This document shows positions 19,904 through 30,190 of a stretch of 64,000 bases of DNA, one piece after another. The stretch covers positions 1 to 64,000 of the IMG/VR virus record IMGVR_UViG_3300042878_001023; one strand, written 5' to 3'. A program made the position numbers and the translations under genes. This stretch comes from a virus. Taxonomy: Duplodnaviria > Caudoviricetes. Position 1 is the first letter of the stretch. Each line of letters opens with the position of its first letter. The notes under the pieces were generated by a model that was given only the letters and a program-made list of their open reading frames with translations, ran no database searches and was not told the DNA's origin.

Positions 19904-22900
19904 TTATACACAGTTAAAAGGATCAGATTCAAAACCTAGTGATGCAAGAATTTCATCATCTGATATACCTTGTTTATTACTTATTACTTCAGTTATGTCT
20001 TTGTAAGCTGAAGAACCAGGATTTAAATAACCTAACTCTTCAAATAACCTCTTACTTAAATATACAAATAATTCTTTAGGCATTTTCTTAGCATCACCTA
20101 TTCCTGCTTTAGGAAGTGCTATTTTGTTACCTAAGTCTTTAGCATTTTTAAGCTCCTGAATTTTTCTATCAAAATAGTTTTTCACACTTTGATATTTATC
20201 AGCTGCTAAGTTACTAAAGTTATCAAAATTACTAGTCAAACTTGTAACAAAAGGTAAGGCAGTATCTTTGGATACTAATCTTAAATAGCCTTGTCCAGGA
20301 AGATCTTTATTATTATCTATTTCAAACTTGGTTGCATTATAAACAAAACCTACTGTAGAATTAGTACTGGTTAATTTTTTGTAGAAAGCAGCACTGTCAT
20401 CTTTTGAATCATCAAACAAAAAGATGTTAGGATCTGGTGTAGTAATAAGATCATTAGTTTGTTCTTCAACACTAGTAGATAGTTGAGTATCATAATCAGT
20501 AATATCTTCAGATTTAATATCCTCAAGCATTTGTTTATATGATTCAGCATGTCTATCTATAGTTTCATCTGATACATTTGCTCTGTTTTCTCCTCTTGCT
20601 AGTTGTGCTTTAATTCTTTGTTTGGCTAACTTAGCATCTAAAGGCATAAGTTTATATTGAATATTAGCATTAGGTATTGCTTTTTTAATAGCTTCAACAA
20701 AAGGTCTTCTTTTATCTTTAGTAAGATTGGTAGTATCAAACACTACTTGTTTACCTTGTTTAATAGCTTGTATAGCTCTATTAGCTGCTTCAATATAAAT
20801 CTCTTTGTCTTTAGATTTATTATTTATATCTCCTGTAAATTCAACTCTCATTGCATCAGGTTCTATGACTACTAAATTTTCTTGAGGTAAAGACTTTATA
20901 AATGTAGATTTTCCACTTCCTGAAGTTCCTATAGGTAAAATAACATTAGCTTCAACACTAATAGATGGTTGAGTAGCTTTTTGAGTAGCTGCTTCAGTAC
21001 CTACTTTACTAAAGTCAATGTCTGTAAAATAGTTCTTAAATCTGTTTTTGTCTTTATTTTTATAACTATTCTGAGCATTAAACTTGTAATAAAAATCTCT
21101 TAATACTCTTTCAGCTTTATCCGGATTAGAAAGAAGTTCAGTAAAGTCTTTAACAGCATCATCCATAATGTTTAAGAATGGTTCTGTACTTACATAAGGA
21201 ACTAAGTTAGATTTAGTTTTATTGATACCTGATTGCAAGTATGCAAACAAAGGAAGTCTAGAGAATAAGTAAGAAATGTTTTCTATATCTTGGTCACTTA
21301 AACTTAATTCATTAGCTAATCCTTTTAACAAAACAGGATCTGCTAAGTCTGTTAAATTTTTAGTGTAAATATTTGCTTTGATGTTGTCAATATCACGGTC
21401 AATCAAGTTAAGATTGAACATAGTATTTTGAGTATTGTTATCAAGCTCTAGTTTTGATAACACATCAAATTTATTTACAAGCTTAGGATTATTTAAGATT
21501 ATGTCATATAATCTTACAGCAAAAGCATTTTTTGGATCACTAAATAAATGATTAACATTGAAAGTATTATCAAGTGCTCTGTTTGCTAGAAACTCTTCAT
21601 AAGCTGTTTTTTCCAAACCTGTTTCTGCAATTGGATAAATAGATCTTAAATATTCTCTTTCCATTACAAATCTAGTATAAGCTTGTGTATTGTTTCCTTT
21701 AGCAATTGTAAATGTATTTGCTGGAACAGGATGTAATCCTAACTGTGAATAATAGTTTGGTTCATTTGCTTTTTCTTTCCATACACCTGATGTAAATTCA
21801 TCTTCTAAATTTTTAAGATTATAAAACAAAGTTTTGCTACCATCTTTATTTGTTTTTACAAAAGCTCCAAACTTATCAGAAAGCATCTGTTTACTTGGTA
21901 ATTCTTTTGCATCATATGATACATAACCTTTTTTAATGTCTGTTTTAGCTAATCTGTTTTGGAAAATATAACTTACTAAATCATTTCTAAAAGTATTCAA
22001 ATAATTATCTCTACCACTTTCACCAAATGTAGATTTTATATTTTCTCTTAAAGCATTGGAATCATCTTCAGATTTAATAAATCTACGGATTGCATCATTG
22101 TATCTTAATTTAAACAATGGTGCAGCTAAAGACAATGCAAGTTTGTTATTAAAGAATGAGCTAATAACTGAGTTGCTCATCAAAGCAGATATTATTGGTT
22201 GTAACTCAGGATTATTTTCTAAGTTTTCTAATCTTGCTTCTGATGTCTCAATATCAGATAATACTGACTTAGTATTAGTATCTGGATTAGAGTTCATCTT
22301 AACCTGTGTAATACCCTTAATCTGGTCTTCAATATCCAAGTAGTGTAAGAACATAGTTAATGATAAGTCAGAAGATTTAAAGTTATTATTCTTTTTAGAA
22401 TCTTGTATTAACTGTAACATTTCTTTTTCTGTGAAATGTTTATCTTTTCTATCCTTCATTAATTTATCAAATAACTTACGTCCTGTTTCAAATCTAACAT
22501 CTGCTTTACCTTTAGCTGGTAATACAGAAGGATTGAAATATTTATTAATGATATTAGAAGCTGATTGGAATTTAACAAATGCCTTTTCTTCTGGAGCTTT
22601 TCCTAATACAGAAGCAAATGTAGATTTAGCAAGACGCTGTTCATCTACATATTCTCTTACTAATGGTTGTGATACAAAGTAAATAGCTTCTTTAACAGGA
22701 ACACCAGCTTTAATTAAATATAACAATATAGGTGCTACCTCATAGTTACCTTGGATAAAGAAAATCCAGGCATCTTTTTCAACATCCACCCAGCCGTTCA
22801 TTGCTTGGGAGAATATATCTGCTATTTTATTAACATTGTCAACATCATATAAATTAGATAGGGAAATTCTATCCTTTCCATTAACATTTCTTACATTATG

Positions 22901-25900
22901 TCTTAAACCTATAACAGTACTTCTTGTTAATTTTGAATAACTATTTGTATATGTTTCTGGCATCAAAGCTCCAATAGAGTTTAACAATACATTCATTGTA
23001 TTTTCTATAGCACCTAGACCTAATGTTTTCTTACCAACAATATTAGATTCATGTTTATATAAGTTATAAAGAGGTTCTAATACTCTTGTTGCACTGATAA
23101 TTTTCTTACCTTTTTCAGGTTCTGTTGTTGTATCAGTCATATAATTTTTGAATGGATCGTATTCCATCACATCTGCAGCTAGTTTGTCTGCTATATCTTT
23201 CAATAAGAAAGTACCATTCGGTGTAACAAGAGAAACAAAGTTTTGTGGAAGCTCAAGTATTTCTTTAATATCATTCATTAAGTCATTCTCTACTCCTGCT
23301 TTTTGTTGTTTGAAAGCTTTTGTTATGGATTCATCTTCATTATCTTTGATGTTCTGTAGAGAAGCTTTGAGCTCCGCAGTGTTTTTATAGGTTCTTTCTT
23401 TAAGCTTACCATCCATGTCTATGTTAGTCATAAAGATTGTAAGTTTATCAATATCAAAGTCACCCCCTGACTTAGCAACTATCTCTGCTGGAGGAATGAT
23501 TATATTACCTGCTTGTGGAGGTAAGAATTCATATACTTCCATGAACTCCATAGAGTTTAGACCCTGAACCGGAATCCTAACCCCTACAAGAGTTATTGCT
23601 TTTCTGTTAGCACCATCATTTGCATCTAACCATTCATCATCTTTGATTGCTTTGTTTAATGTATAAATATCTCCAATAGTTGCCCCTTTATATTCAAGAT
23701 TCAACAAGTTAGCATAGTCCCCCTGTAATGCAATCATAACCTTCATTGCTGCAGTTTTACCATCCGCCTTCTTATGATAAGTAGGAAGTAAGTTACTACC
23801 TACCCATTTTTTCTTATCTGCATCAGTTGCATTTCTAAAATTAGGAGACTCTGTAAGGTTATTTTCATAAAAAGCAGAAGATACTTGTACAAGTGGTTCT
23901 CCTTTTACTTTTTGTTTGATAACTCTTTTGTTAATCAGAGATAATAAAAGCTTCTCAATTTTTAATGCTTCTGGGTGTAATGATAAATCATGTAATAACT
24001 CACCACTATCAAGAGCATCAATAAAGTTGAGCATTTCATCACTGTAAGATTCTTCTCTATCTAAGTTATTTCTAACAAGTGACAATAATTTACCTATACT
24101 TTCTTTGTCTCTTGCTTTGTATTCACCGTCAGGAGTTTCATCAAAACCAATTTCTTCTAATAACTCTAATTTAACTAACTCAGTATAATCAGATACATTA
24201 TCAAGATATCTTTTTACTAATGGTGATACTACATCTTTCTCATCAGGAGAATTGATTACACCATTTTCATACAAGTTATCTAAAACTAACTTTCTCATCT
24301 GAGTAGAGAAAATAGATTTACCTTTATACTCAGAGTTAACTTCTGTTTGATTCTTTAAGAACTCTGTGAAGATTACATTTTTTGTAAATGGTTCATTCAT
24401 AAGAATATTACCATTATCATCATATATTTCATCACCAGTCCCTAAATGTCCAACTTTAGAACCTGATTCAAATACAACATAGTCTACATCATTAAGCATC
24501 ATTTTTTGGTGCAAATCATATAGTGGTGTACCTTTTTTAGCTACTCCTGGTATAATTGGAGCAAGTGAGAATTTATGGAATGAAGTAACAGGTAAGCCTG
24601 TAGTTTCCATAGCTCCACAATACTGTAATTTATATGGAGGAAAATACTGTACTATATCTTCTACAGATACTTCTTCACCATTAGCTAACTTTTTATACAA
24701 CTCTTCTTGTTCTGGTAACCAGTTACCTTCAAGATTTTTAAGTATTCTATATGATTCAAAACTGATGTGGCCTTGACCATCACCAATCTTCATATCATTA
24801 TATTCTTTTAAAGCAGTTTTTGCTAATTCTTTTGCCTTAGTTTTATCACCAAATCTTTTTGTATAGTCTTTTACAAGAGCATCATAGTACTCATCATAAT
24901 ACTCAGACTTTTTTATAACTCTTTCTTTTATGATTGCTGTAGTTAGAGTACCGTCAAATGGTTTACTTGGTGCTATTTTATTAAACAACTTAGGCATTTT
25001 ATTTACAAAACTTCTTGACTTTAAATCAGAAGCAAAACCTAAACCACCAGAACCAAAACCAGCATTTCTTTTATGGAATTCTTCTTTAGCATGATTGTAT
25101 TGTGCTAAGTCTCCATAACCAAGAATAGCAGTTTCAAACTTGTGAATCCAAGAGTTGTAAGCATATGCTTTCATCAGTGTTGTATCAGATTCATCTACTG
25201 TAAGTTCAACACCTTTGTTTTCAATTCTACCTCTTAAAGCAGGATCAATAAACTTTGTTTTATCAAGTCTTTCTTTCAACTCAGTTGTTATACTGTTAAA
25301 ATACTTAGCAACATCTTTTCTTATTTCTTCTGTTAGCTTAGCATTGTCATCATATACATCTGAGAAATCAAAATCAGATTGATTATCAGCAACAGCTTTA
25401 TCTACTATAGCATAGATTTTTGCTTGAGTATCTTTAGATAATACATCTTCAAAAGCAGCAAGAGCTTGACCAGCCATTACTACTTCTCCTGTTTTTCTAT
25501 TTACAGTTCTTGTATAACCTGTAAATTGAGAATATTTTTCTAAATCAGAACTAAATTTAAAAATTCTATTTACCTCACCAGTCAAGTATCCAGATAAAAT
25601 ATCAAATGCATAATCTTCACCAGAGTTTGTAGTTGGTAAAAACTTCTCTATATCAACATATAAGTTTTTAGCATTTTTATTATCATAAGTTTTAAGACCA
25701 TTTTTTAATACAATACCTTGTGACATTTGTTTAGAAGCATGTCTCATGAACTCTTCTACACCACTCATCAACATAGTATGAATCTCTTGCAAGTATTTAC
25801 TTGTAGCATCCATTGATGCTGTAGAAATACCTTCTTGATTATTAGTTGTAGTGTCAATTAACTGTGTTCCAGCCACATTTTGAATTACCAATGTATTATC

Positions 25901-28900
25901 TTTTTTACCACCAGGGTTATTCACAGCCAACAAATCATTAAATAATGATTTTAGCAATACAGAATGTCTTGTGTAAGTATTGTTGTCATATGCTAAGTAA
26001 CGCATATGTCTAAACAAACCATTTGGATCAGCATCAGGATTTGTAAGTTCTTGCCAAGATTTTGCATGGTTTAAAGAAGTCATGATTCTTGTAAAAGTAT
26101 TATCCAAGAAATGCTCCCACACTCTATTTCCTTCAGGACTAACTGCACTAAAGTTAGAATACTTATCAGAAAATCTTACTTGTAGATTAGCAAGTTCTTT
26201 AATTCTTGAAGAAGAATCAAATTTTTGACCCGGATCTAATGTCTTAGGCAAACTTGTTTTTAAATATGCAAGAGGATTTCTTAAAAAAGTAAATTTTTCA
26301 GGATCATATGTTTTATTTATATGCTCTAAAGAATCAAAGATGTGCCCAATTGCAAACTTATTTACAAAGTTAGGATCAGATATAACACTAGCAATTGTTG
26401 GATTAGATGTATCCATCACAATACCTAATGCATTTAAGAACTCAAGAACATTTTTAGAATTTATGTTATTCTTAAAATATTTTACAAAATTGTTTAAATC
26501 TAATACTCTTTGTCCTGATTTATTTTCAACAATAAATTTAGAATCAGCAACAGTAAGAAAAGTTATTTCCCAATCTTTTAAAACTTTTGATCTATCAAAA
26601 TCTGTTCTTTGTACTCTTGCTTCTGCCAATACAGCATCAGCAGTTTTAGTAATATTTAAATTTAACTGTACATATGATAGTCTAGGTTTTTTAAGATCTT
26701 GCCAGAACTTAGTTTCAATATCAAACTCAGCCTTGTCATTGTAATCAGTATTCTGCGGGTTAGGCAAATAAGATAACAACTGTAAAAACTCAGGATTATC
26801 TTTTATGTTTTCTGAAAGTCTTTTATACATCTCAGATTTGTCAAAAGAACCTGCTAATACTTTAGCAACCTTACTCCACATTTCTCTTTCATCTAAAAGC
26901 ATGTATAAACCTGTTTGAGGGTCTACTTCATATTCAATAGATAAAACTTGTTTACCCTCATCATTTACAGTAACTTTTGTTTTATTTCTGTCTACTTTGT
27001 AGATACTGGATAAAATAGTTTTAGTCTCTTGACTAGCTGCTTCTCTTGAAGAAAAAATGTTACCACCGTCAAGTCTAACAATTCTAGAATTATTTATGTC
27101 AGTCGGATCTTCTTCTAGCTCAACAAATTTATTTGCTAAAATTTTGAATCTAGAATTCTGCATGTGAAAAGCAATAACACCTTTCTGATCTTTACCGTCA
27201 ATTGTTGTATCAATATCTCCAAAATTATCTAGCATTCTTCCTAAAAATGGAAGTTGATTTAATTCCAATGTATCAATGTCACCACCTTCAGCTGCAGTTT
27301 TTGCAAAGTCTTCTCTTAATTGATTAAATCTTTCAGATATTTTCTTTTCTAAAACCTTATACAAATGCTTTCTATTTGCATTAGTTTGTAATACTCTAAC
27401 TGGTGCAGAAGAACTATTTCTTTGTTGGTTTACAGAATTAAAAATGTCAGGAATTAAACTATCCAAATAGCTTACAATTTTTAATGATTCAGCAGAATCA
27501 AATGGTTCATACTTAGTAGCAACATCCTTTACAGAAGTAATAGCTTTAGCTCTATTCAACTGAGTAAACATCATGTTGTCAGTAGAAGGTTGCATATCTT
27601 GTAATAGCTCTGGATTCTCAGAGGCTCTGTACAATTTGTCAAACAATTCTTTTACTGAAGCAATGTCTCTTGGTCTTGTAGCTAAGTCTTGTTTGCTTAC
27701 TCTACCTATGAGGTTCTGTAGGAACTGGTACATTCTTCTGAATACTGTCCCCAAAAATCCTTTAGGTGCTTCTTTTTTACCTCTGCTTCTTGCATAATCT
27801 CTAAAGTCTTCTGCAATATCTTCTTCAATATCAAAGAATGATTTATTAGCCCACTTCGGTTGACCCTTTAATTCATTGTATAACTTAATCTTTTCATCTC
27901 TTGTTAAAAATAACTGAGAGAATCCGTGCCATGCTTCATGGTATAAATCTACAGCAGTACCACCATCACCTTCATAAAGTGTGATACCAGTTCCTGTAAA
28001 TGTTGCAAATGCATTTGAGTTTACAATCTGAGTTATTCTGTTTAAGCTAATATACTTACTCAAAGGAGAGTTAGCCCACCAAGCTTCAGCTGCTGCTTTG
28101 TCAGCTGCAGTAGTGAAGACTTTATCTAAAAAATTATCTAAAGCTTTACTTCTATCTAAATTAAAACCATTAGCATCTTCTTCTGACAAATCATTCTTAA
28201 ATGGTGTAAACCAATTGTGCTCAATAATAACTTCAACATTCTCAGCAGCTGCTGGTACTTTAGTAGTTCTTTTTTTCTGAACAGCTTTTGATTTTTCTTT
28301 AACAACTTTCTCAGCAACTTGATTCTTTTCAGCCTGAGTTTTTTTCCTAACTGGAGCTCCAGTTTCAGAGTCTAAAGCAATATCAAAAAATGACTTTGGG
28401 TTTTCTGTAAACTGACCAGGTACAGCATAACTTAAATAAGGATTAAATCCTGAAATCATTGAGCCACCCTCATTAGTAAATTGTGGCTTTGCATACTTTA
28501 ATACTACTTCATCAATGTAGTCTTTTTCAACAGGTCTAAACTTATCTCCAGAAATTTCATAATCTGTGTAAGTCTCTTTATCTTTATAACTAGTTGAAAT
28601 ATTTACATTAGCTCCAATTGAACCCTTGTCACCAAACTTAATTGCTTTAGGTAAATGCTCTGCAATCTTATCTCTTACAGCAGTAGTAAAGATGGCATCT
28701 CCTTCAAACTTTTCATCATTAATTGTTAAAGTAAGTGGTCCACCAGCAGCTTTATCTAAAAAAATGTTGTTTTTATTTTTAACACCTTTTTTACTTATTT
28801 TTTGATTATTTAAAAATACTTTGAAATAAGCTATTCTTTCATCATCAGACAAAGTTCTACCTTTATTTGTAGCTTTAGTTGTAATAACATCAGCTACTTT

Positions 28901-30190
28901 ATTAGCAAGTTCTTGATCAAAATTACCTCTCTGTATGTTTACAGGCATACTAATTTCACCAAAATTGGGACTATTATAAGTAATAAAAAATTGAGCAAAA
29001 CCTTGACTTAAATCTTTACTTGATATAATTTTTGCATCCTTAATAATTTCTCTTGTAAGTTTTACAGTTTTTTGTAAATCATTGTTGATTGATTTTCTGC
29101 TTGCTGAAGTTAATATACCAAAACTACCACCATTAATTTGAGTAATATAAGAAGTATTGTTGTCTATAATATCTTTACGCATATTATAAACACCATTCAT
29201 GTTTTCTGTTTGATTTTCTAAAACTTCTTTACTAGACATACCAAAGCTGCTTTTTGCAATTTTACTTGCTGCAACCAATGTATTTTTATACATTTTACCA
29301 AGGTTATGATAAATCAAAAACAAAGCAGGTTGATTTTTATTTAGCTTATCTTCTAACAAATAAGGTTTTCTTATAAATTGATAAACAACTGTACCTTTAT
29401 CTTCAGTAGTTAAATTACCATTTTCATCAAAGTATAAGTAGTTACCATCAATATCTGTAACAACAGCAAAAACACCTCTGTAAGATTTAGCAGTTGCAGT
29501 TTTATGATTAGATAGTTTATGCTTATTTTCAAAGCTTTCTGAAGACATCATTTTTAAAAAAACTTCTGTATCATCAATAACAGGATTGTTTTGATCAATA
29601 GTTTTCTCATTAGAAGCTTTGATAATTTTTTTAATTACTATTTCAAAAACTTTTTTATCTTCAGCTAAAACATCATCTTGAATTTGTGTATTTGGATCAT
29701 CTGGATTTTTATCTTCTGCAAATTGAAATGTTGTAACATTAGGATTTTCAACTTTAGCTTTACTCATTTTTTCTAATACAGAATCATCAGGATCAGTAAT
29801 CTCCAAATTATCTAATTGAAAGTTTTCATGTTCTAACTCACTCTTTAATTCTTTCTTAGATTTTTTTCTTACAGGTTCAGTAACATATTTCTTAACATTA
29901 TCAATGTCATTAAATTCTTCTCTCAAGTTCATTATAACTTTAGGATCAAAATCAGTTTTAGCTAATATGCTGTTTATTTCATCATCACCCTGCACAGAAT
30001 GTATAGTAAGAGGAATGATTTGAGCATATTGTAAAGCTTTTTCTTCACCAGCAGCTTTCTCAATTCTTTGGTATATATCTTTTATATATGCCTTTAAATC
30101 AAAACTTTCTGAAGGTTTAAGTCCAGAAAGTTTTTTATATGTTATTTTTCTTAAATCTGAAAGCTGAGTTTCATTGAGTGAACATATCAT
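19904..30190 (-). CDS. virion RNA polymerase polyprotein (crAss-like, phi14:2 gp66 family)
   Basis: Catalytic SGGDFDIDKL (DFDID at 23447-23461), GVRIPVQG, DGQG and KFSL motifs. Zincin HEAWH at 27926-27940 and a C-terminal P-loop insert. Start placed at ATG 30190, overlapping the upstream TAA (TAATG). Confidence 0.9.
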   Translation of the reverse strand: MICSLNETQLSDLRKITYKKLSGLKPSESFDLKAYIKDIYQRIEKAAGEEKALQYAQIIPLTIHSVQGDDEINSILAKTDFDPKVIMNLREEFNDIDNVKKYVTEPVRKKSKKELKSELEHENFQLDNLEITDPDDSVLEKMSKAKVENPNVTTFQFAEDKNPDDPNTQIQDDVLAEDKKVFEIVIKKIIKASNEKTIDQNNPVIDDTEVFLKMMSSESFENKHKLSNHKTATAKSYRGVFAVVTDIDGNYLYFDENGNLTTEDKGTVVYQFIRKPYLLEDKLNKNQPALFLIYHNLGKMYKNTLVAASKIAKSSFGMSSKEVLENQTENMNGVYNMRKDIIDNNTSYITQINGGSFGILTSASRKSINNDLQKTVKLTREIIKDAKIISSKDLSQGFAQFFITYNSPNFGEISMPVNIQRGNFDQELANKVADVITTKATNKGRTLSDDERIAYFKVFLNNQKISKKGVKNKNNIFLDKAAGGPLTLTINDEKFEGDAIFTTAVRDKIAEHLPKAIKFGDKGSIGANVNISTSYKDKETYTDYEISGDKFRPVEKDYIDEVVLKYAKPQFTNEGGSMISGFNPYLSYAVPGQFTENPKSFFDIALDSETGAPVRKKTQAEKNQVAEKVVKEKSKAVQKKRTTKVPAAAENVEVIIEHNWFTPFKNDLSEEDANGFNLDRSKALDNFLDKVFTTAADKAAAEAWWANSPLSKYISLNRITQIVNSNAFATFTGTGITLYEGDGGTAVDLYHEAWHGFSQLFLTRDEKIKLYNELKGQPKWANKSFFDIEEDIAEDFRDYARSRGKKEAPKGFLGTVFRRMYQFLQNLIGRVSKQDLATRPRDIASVKELFDKLYRASENPELLQDMQPSTDNMMFTQLNRAKAITSVKDVATKYEPFDSAESLKIVSYLDSLIPDIFNSVNQQRNSSSAPVRVLQTNANRKHLYKVLEKKISERFNQLREDFAKTAAEGGDIDTLELNQLPFLGRMLDNFGDIDTTIDGKDQKGVIAFHMQNSRFKILANKFVELEEDPTDINNSRIVRLDGGNIFSSREAASQETKTILSSIYKVDRNKTKVTVNDEGKQVLSIEYEVDPQTGLYMLLDEREMWSKVAKVLAGSFDKSEMYKRLSENIKDNPEFLQLLSYLPNPQNTDYNDKAEFDIETKFWQDLKKPRLSYVQLNLNITKTADAVLAEARVQRTDFDRSKVLKDWEITFLTVADSKFIVENKSGQRVLDLNNFVKYFKNNINSKNVLEFLNALGIVMDTSNPTIASVISDPNFVNKFAIGHIFDSLEHINKTYDPEKFTFLRNPLAYLKTSLPKTLDPGQKFDSSSRIKELANLQVRFSDKYSNFSAVSPEGNRVWEHFLDNTFTRIMTSLNHAKSWQELTNPDADPNGLFRHMRYLAYDNNTYTRHSVLLKSLFNDLLAVNNPGGKKDNTLVIQNVAGTQLIDTTTNNQEGISTASMDATSKYLQEIHTMLMSGVEEFMRHASKQMSQGIVLKNGLKTYDNKNAKNLYVDIEKFLPTTNSGEDYAFDILSGYLTGEVNRIFKFSSDLEKYSQFTGYTRTVNRKTGEVVMAGQALAAFEDVLSKDTQAKIYAIVDKAVADNQSDFDFSDVYDDNAKLTEEIRKDVAKYFNSITTELKERLDKTKFIDPALRGRIENKGVELTVDESDTTLMKAYAYNSWIHKFETAILGYGDLAQYNHAKEEFHKRNAGFGSGGLGFASDLKSRSFVNKMPKLFNKIAPSKPFDGTLTTAIIKERVIKKSEYYDEYYDALVKDYTKRFGDKTKAKELAKTALKEYNDMKIGDGQGHISFESYRILKNLEGNWLPEQEELYKKLANGEEVSVEDIVQYFPPYKLQYCGAMETTGLPVTSFHKFSLAPIIPGVAKKGTPLYDLHQKMMLNDVDYVVFESGSKVGHLGTGDEIYDDNGNILMNEPFTKNVIFTEFLKNQTEVNSEYKGKSIFSTQMRKLVLDNLYENGVINSPDEKDVVSPLVKRYLDNVSDYTELVKLELLEEIGFDETPDGEYKARDKESIGKLLSLVRNNLDREESYSDEMLNFIDALDSGELLHDLSLHPEALKIEKLLLSLINKRVIKQKVKGEPLVQVSSAFYENNLTESPNFRNATDADKKKWVGSNLLPTYHKKADGKTAAMKVMIALQGDYANLLNLEYKGATIGDIYTLNKAIKDDEWLDANDGANRKAITLVGVRIPVQGLNSMEFMEVYEFLPPQAGNIIIPPAEIVAKSGGDFDIDKLTIFMTNIDMDGKLKERTYKNTAELKASLQNIKDNEDESITKAFKQQKAGVENDLMNDIKEILELPQNFVSLVTPNGTFLLKDIADKLAADVMEYDPFKNYMTDTTTEPEKGKKIISATRVLEPLYNLYKHESNIVGKKTLGLGAIENTMNVLLNSIGALMPETYTNSYSKLTRSTVIGLRHNVRNVNGKDRISLSNLYDVDNVNKIADIFSQAMNGWVDVEKDAWIFFIQGNYEVAPILLYLIKAGVPVKEAIYFVSQPLVREYVDEQRLAKSTFASVLGKAPEEKAFVKFQSASNIINKYFNPSVLPAKGKADVRFETGRKLFDKLMKDRKDKHFTEKEMLQLIQDSKKNNNFKSSDLSLTMFLHYLDIEDQIKGITQVKMNSNPDTNTKSVLSDIETSEARLENLENNPELQPIISALMSNSVISSFFNNKLALSLAAPLFKLRYNDAIRRFIKSEDDSNALRENIKSTFGESGRDNYLNTFRNDLVSYIFQNRLAKTDIKKGYVSYDAKELPSKQMLSDKFGAFVKTNKDGSKTLFYNLKNLEDEFTSGVWKEKANEPNYYSQLGLHPVPANTFTIAKGNNTQAYTRFVMEREYLRSIYPIAETGLEKTAYEEFLANRALDNTFNVNHLFSDPKNAFAVRLYDIILNNPKLVNKFDVLSKLELDNNTQNTMFNLNLIDRDIDNIKANIYTKNLTDLADPVLLKGLANELSLSDQDIENISYLFSRLPLFAYLQSGINKTKSNLVPYVSTEPFLNIMDDAVKDFTELLSNPDKAERVLRDFYYKFNAQNSYKNKDKNRFKNYFTDIDFSKVGTEAATQKATQPSISVEANVILPIGTSGSGKSTFIKSLPQENLVVIEPDAMRVEFTGDINNKSKDKEIYIEAANRAIQAIKQGKQVVFDTTNLTKDKRRPFVEAIKKAIPNANIQYKLMPLDAKLAKQRIKAQLARGENRANVSDETIDRHAESYKQMLEDIKSEDITDYDTQLSTSVEEQTNDLITTPDPNIFLFDDSKDDSAAFYKKLTSTNSTVGFVYNATKFEIDNNKDLPGQGYLRLVSKDTALPFVTSLTSNFDNFSNLAADKYQSVKNYFDRKIQELKNAKDLGNKIALPKAGIGDAKKMPKELFVYLSKRLFEELGYLNPGSSAYKDITEVISNKQGISDDEILASLGFESDPFNCV
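20464..20975. repeat. 26-bp direct repeat pair (20464-20489 and 20950-20975) flanking an AAA_33/PNK-like kinase domain
   Basis: cttcaacactagtagatagttgagta versus cttcaacactaatagatggttgagta: 24/26 identical, 486 bp apart, in frame. Confidence 0.85.

Noticed and set aside
20464-20975. Intein explanation for the kinase insert
   Set aside because: There is no N-terminal Cys/Ser block A, no C-terminal HN-[CST] and no LAGLIDADG motif.
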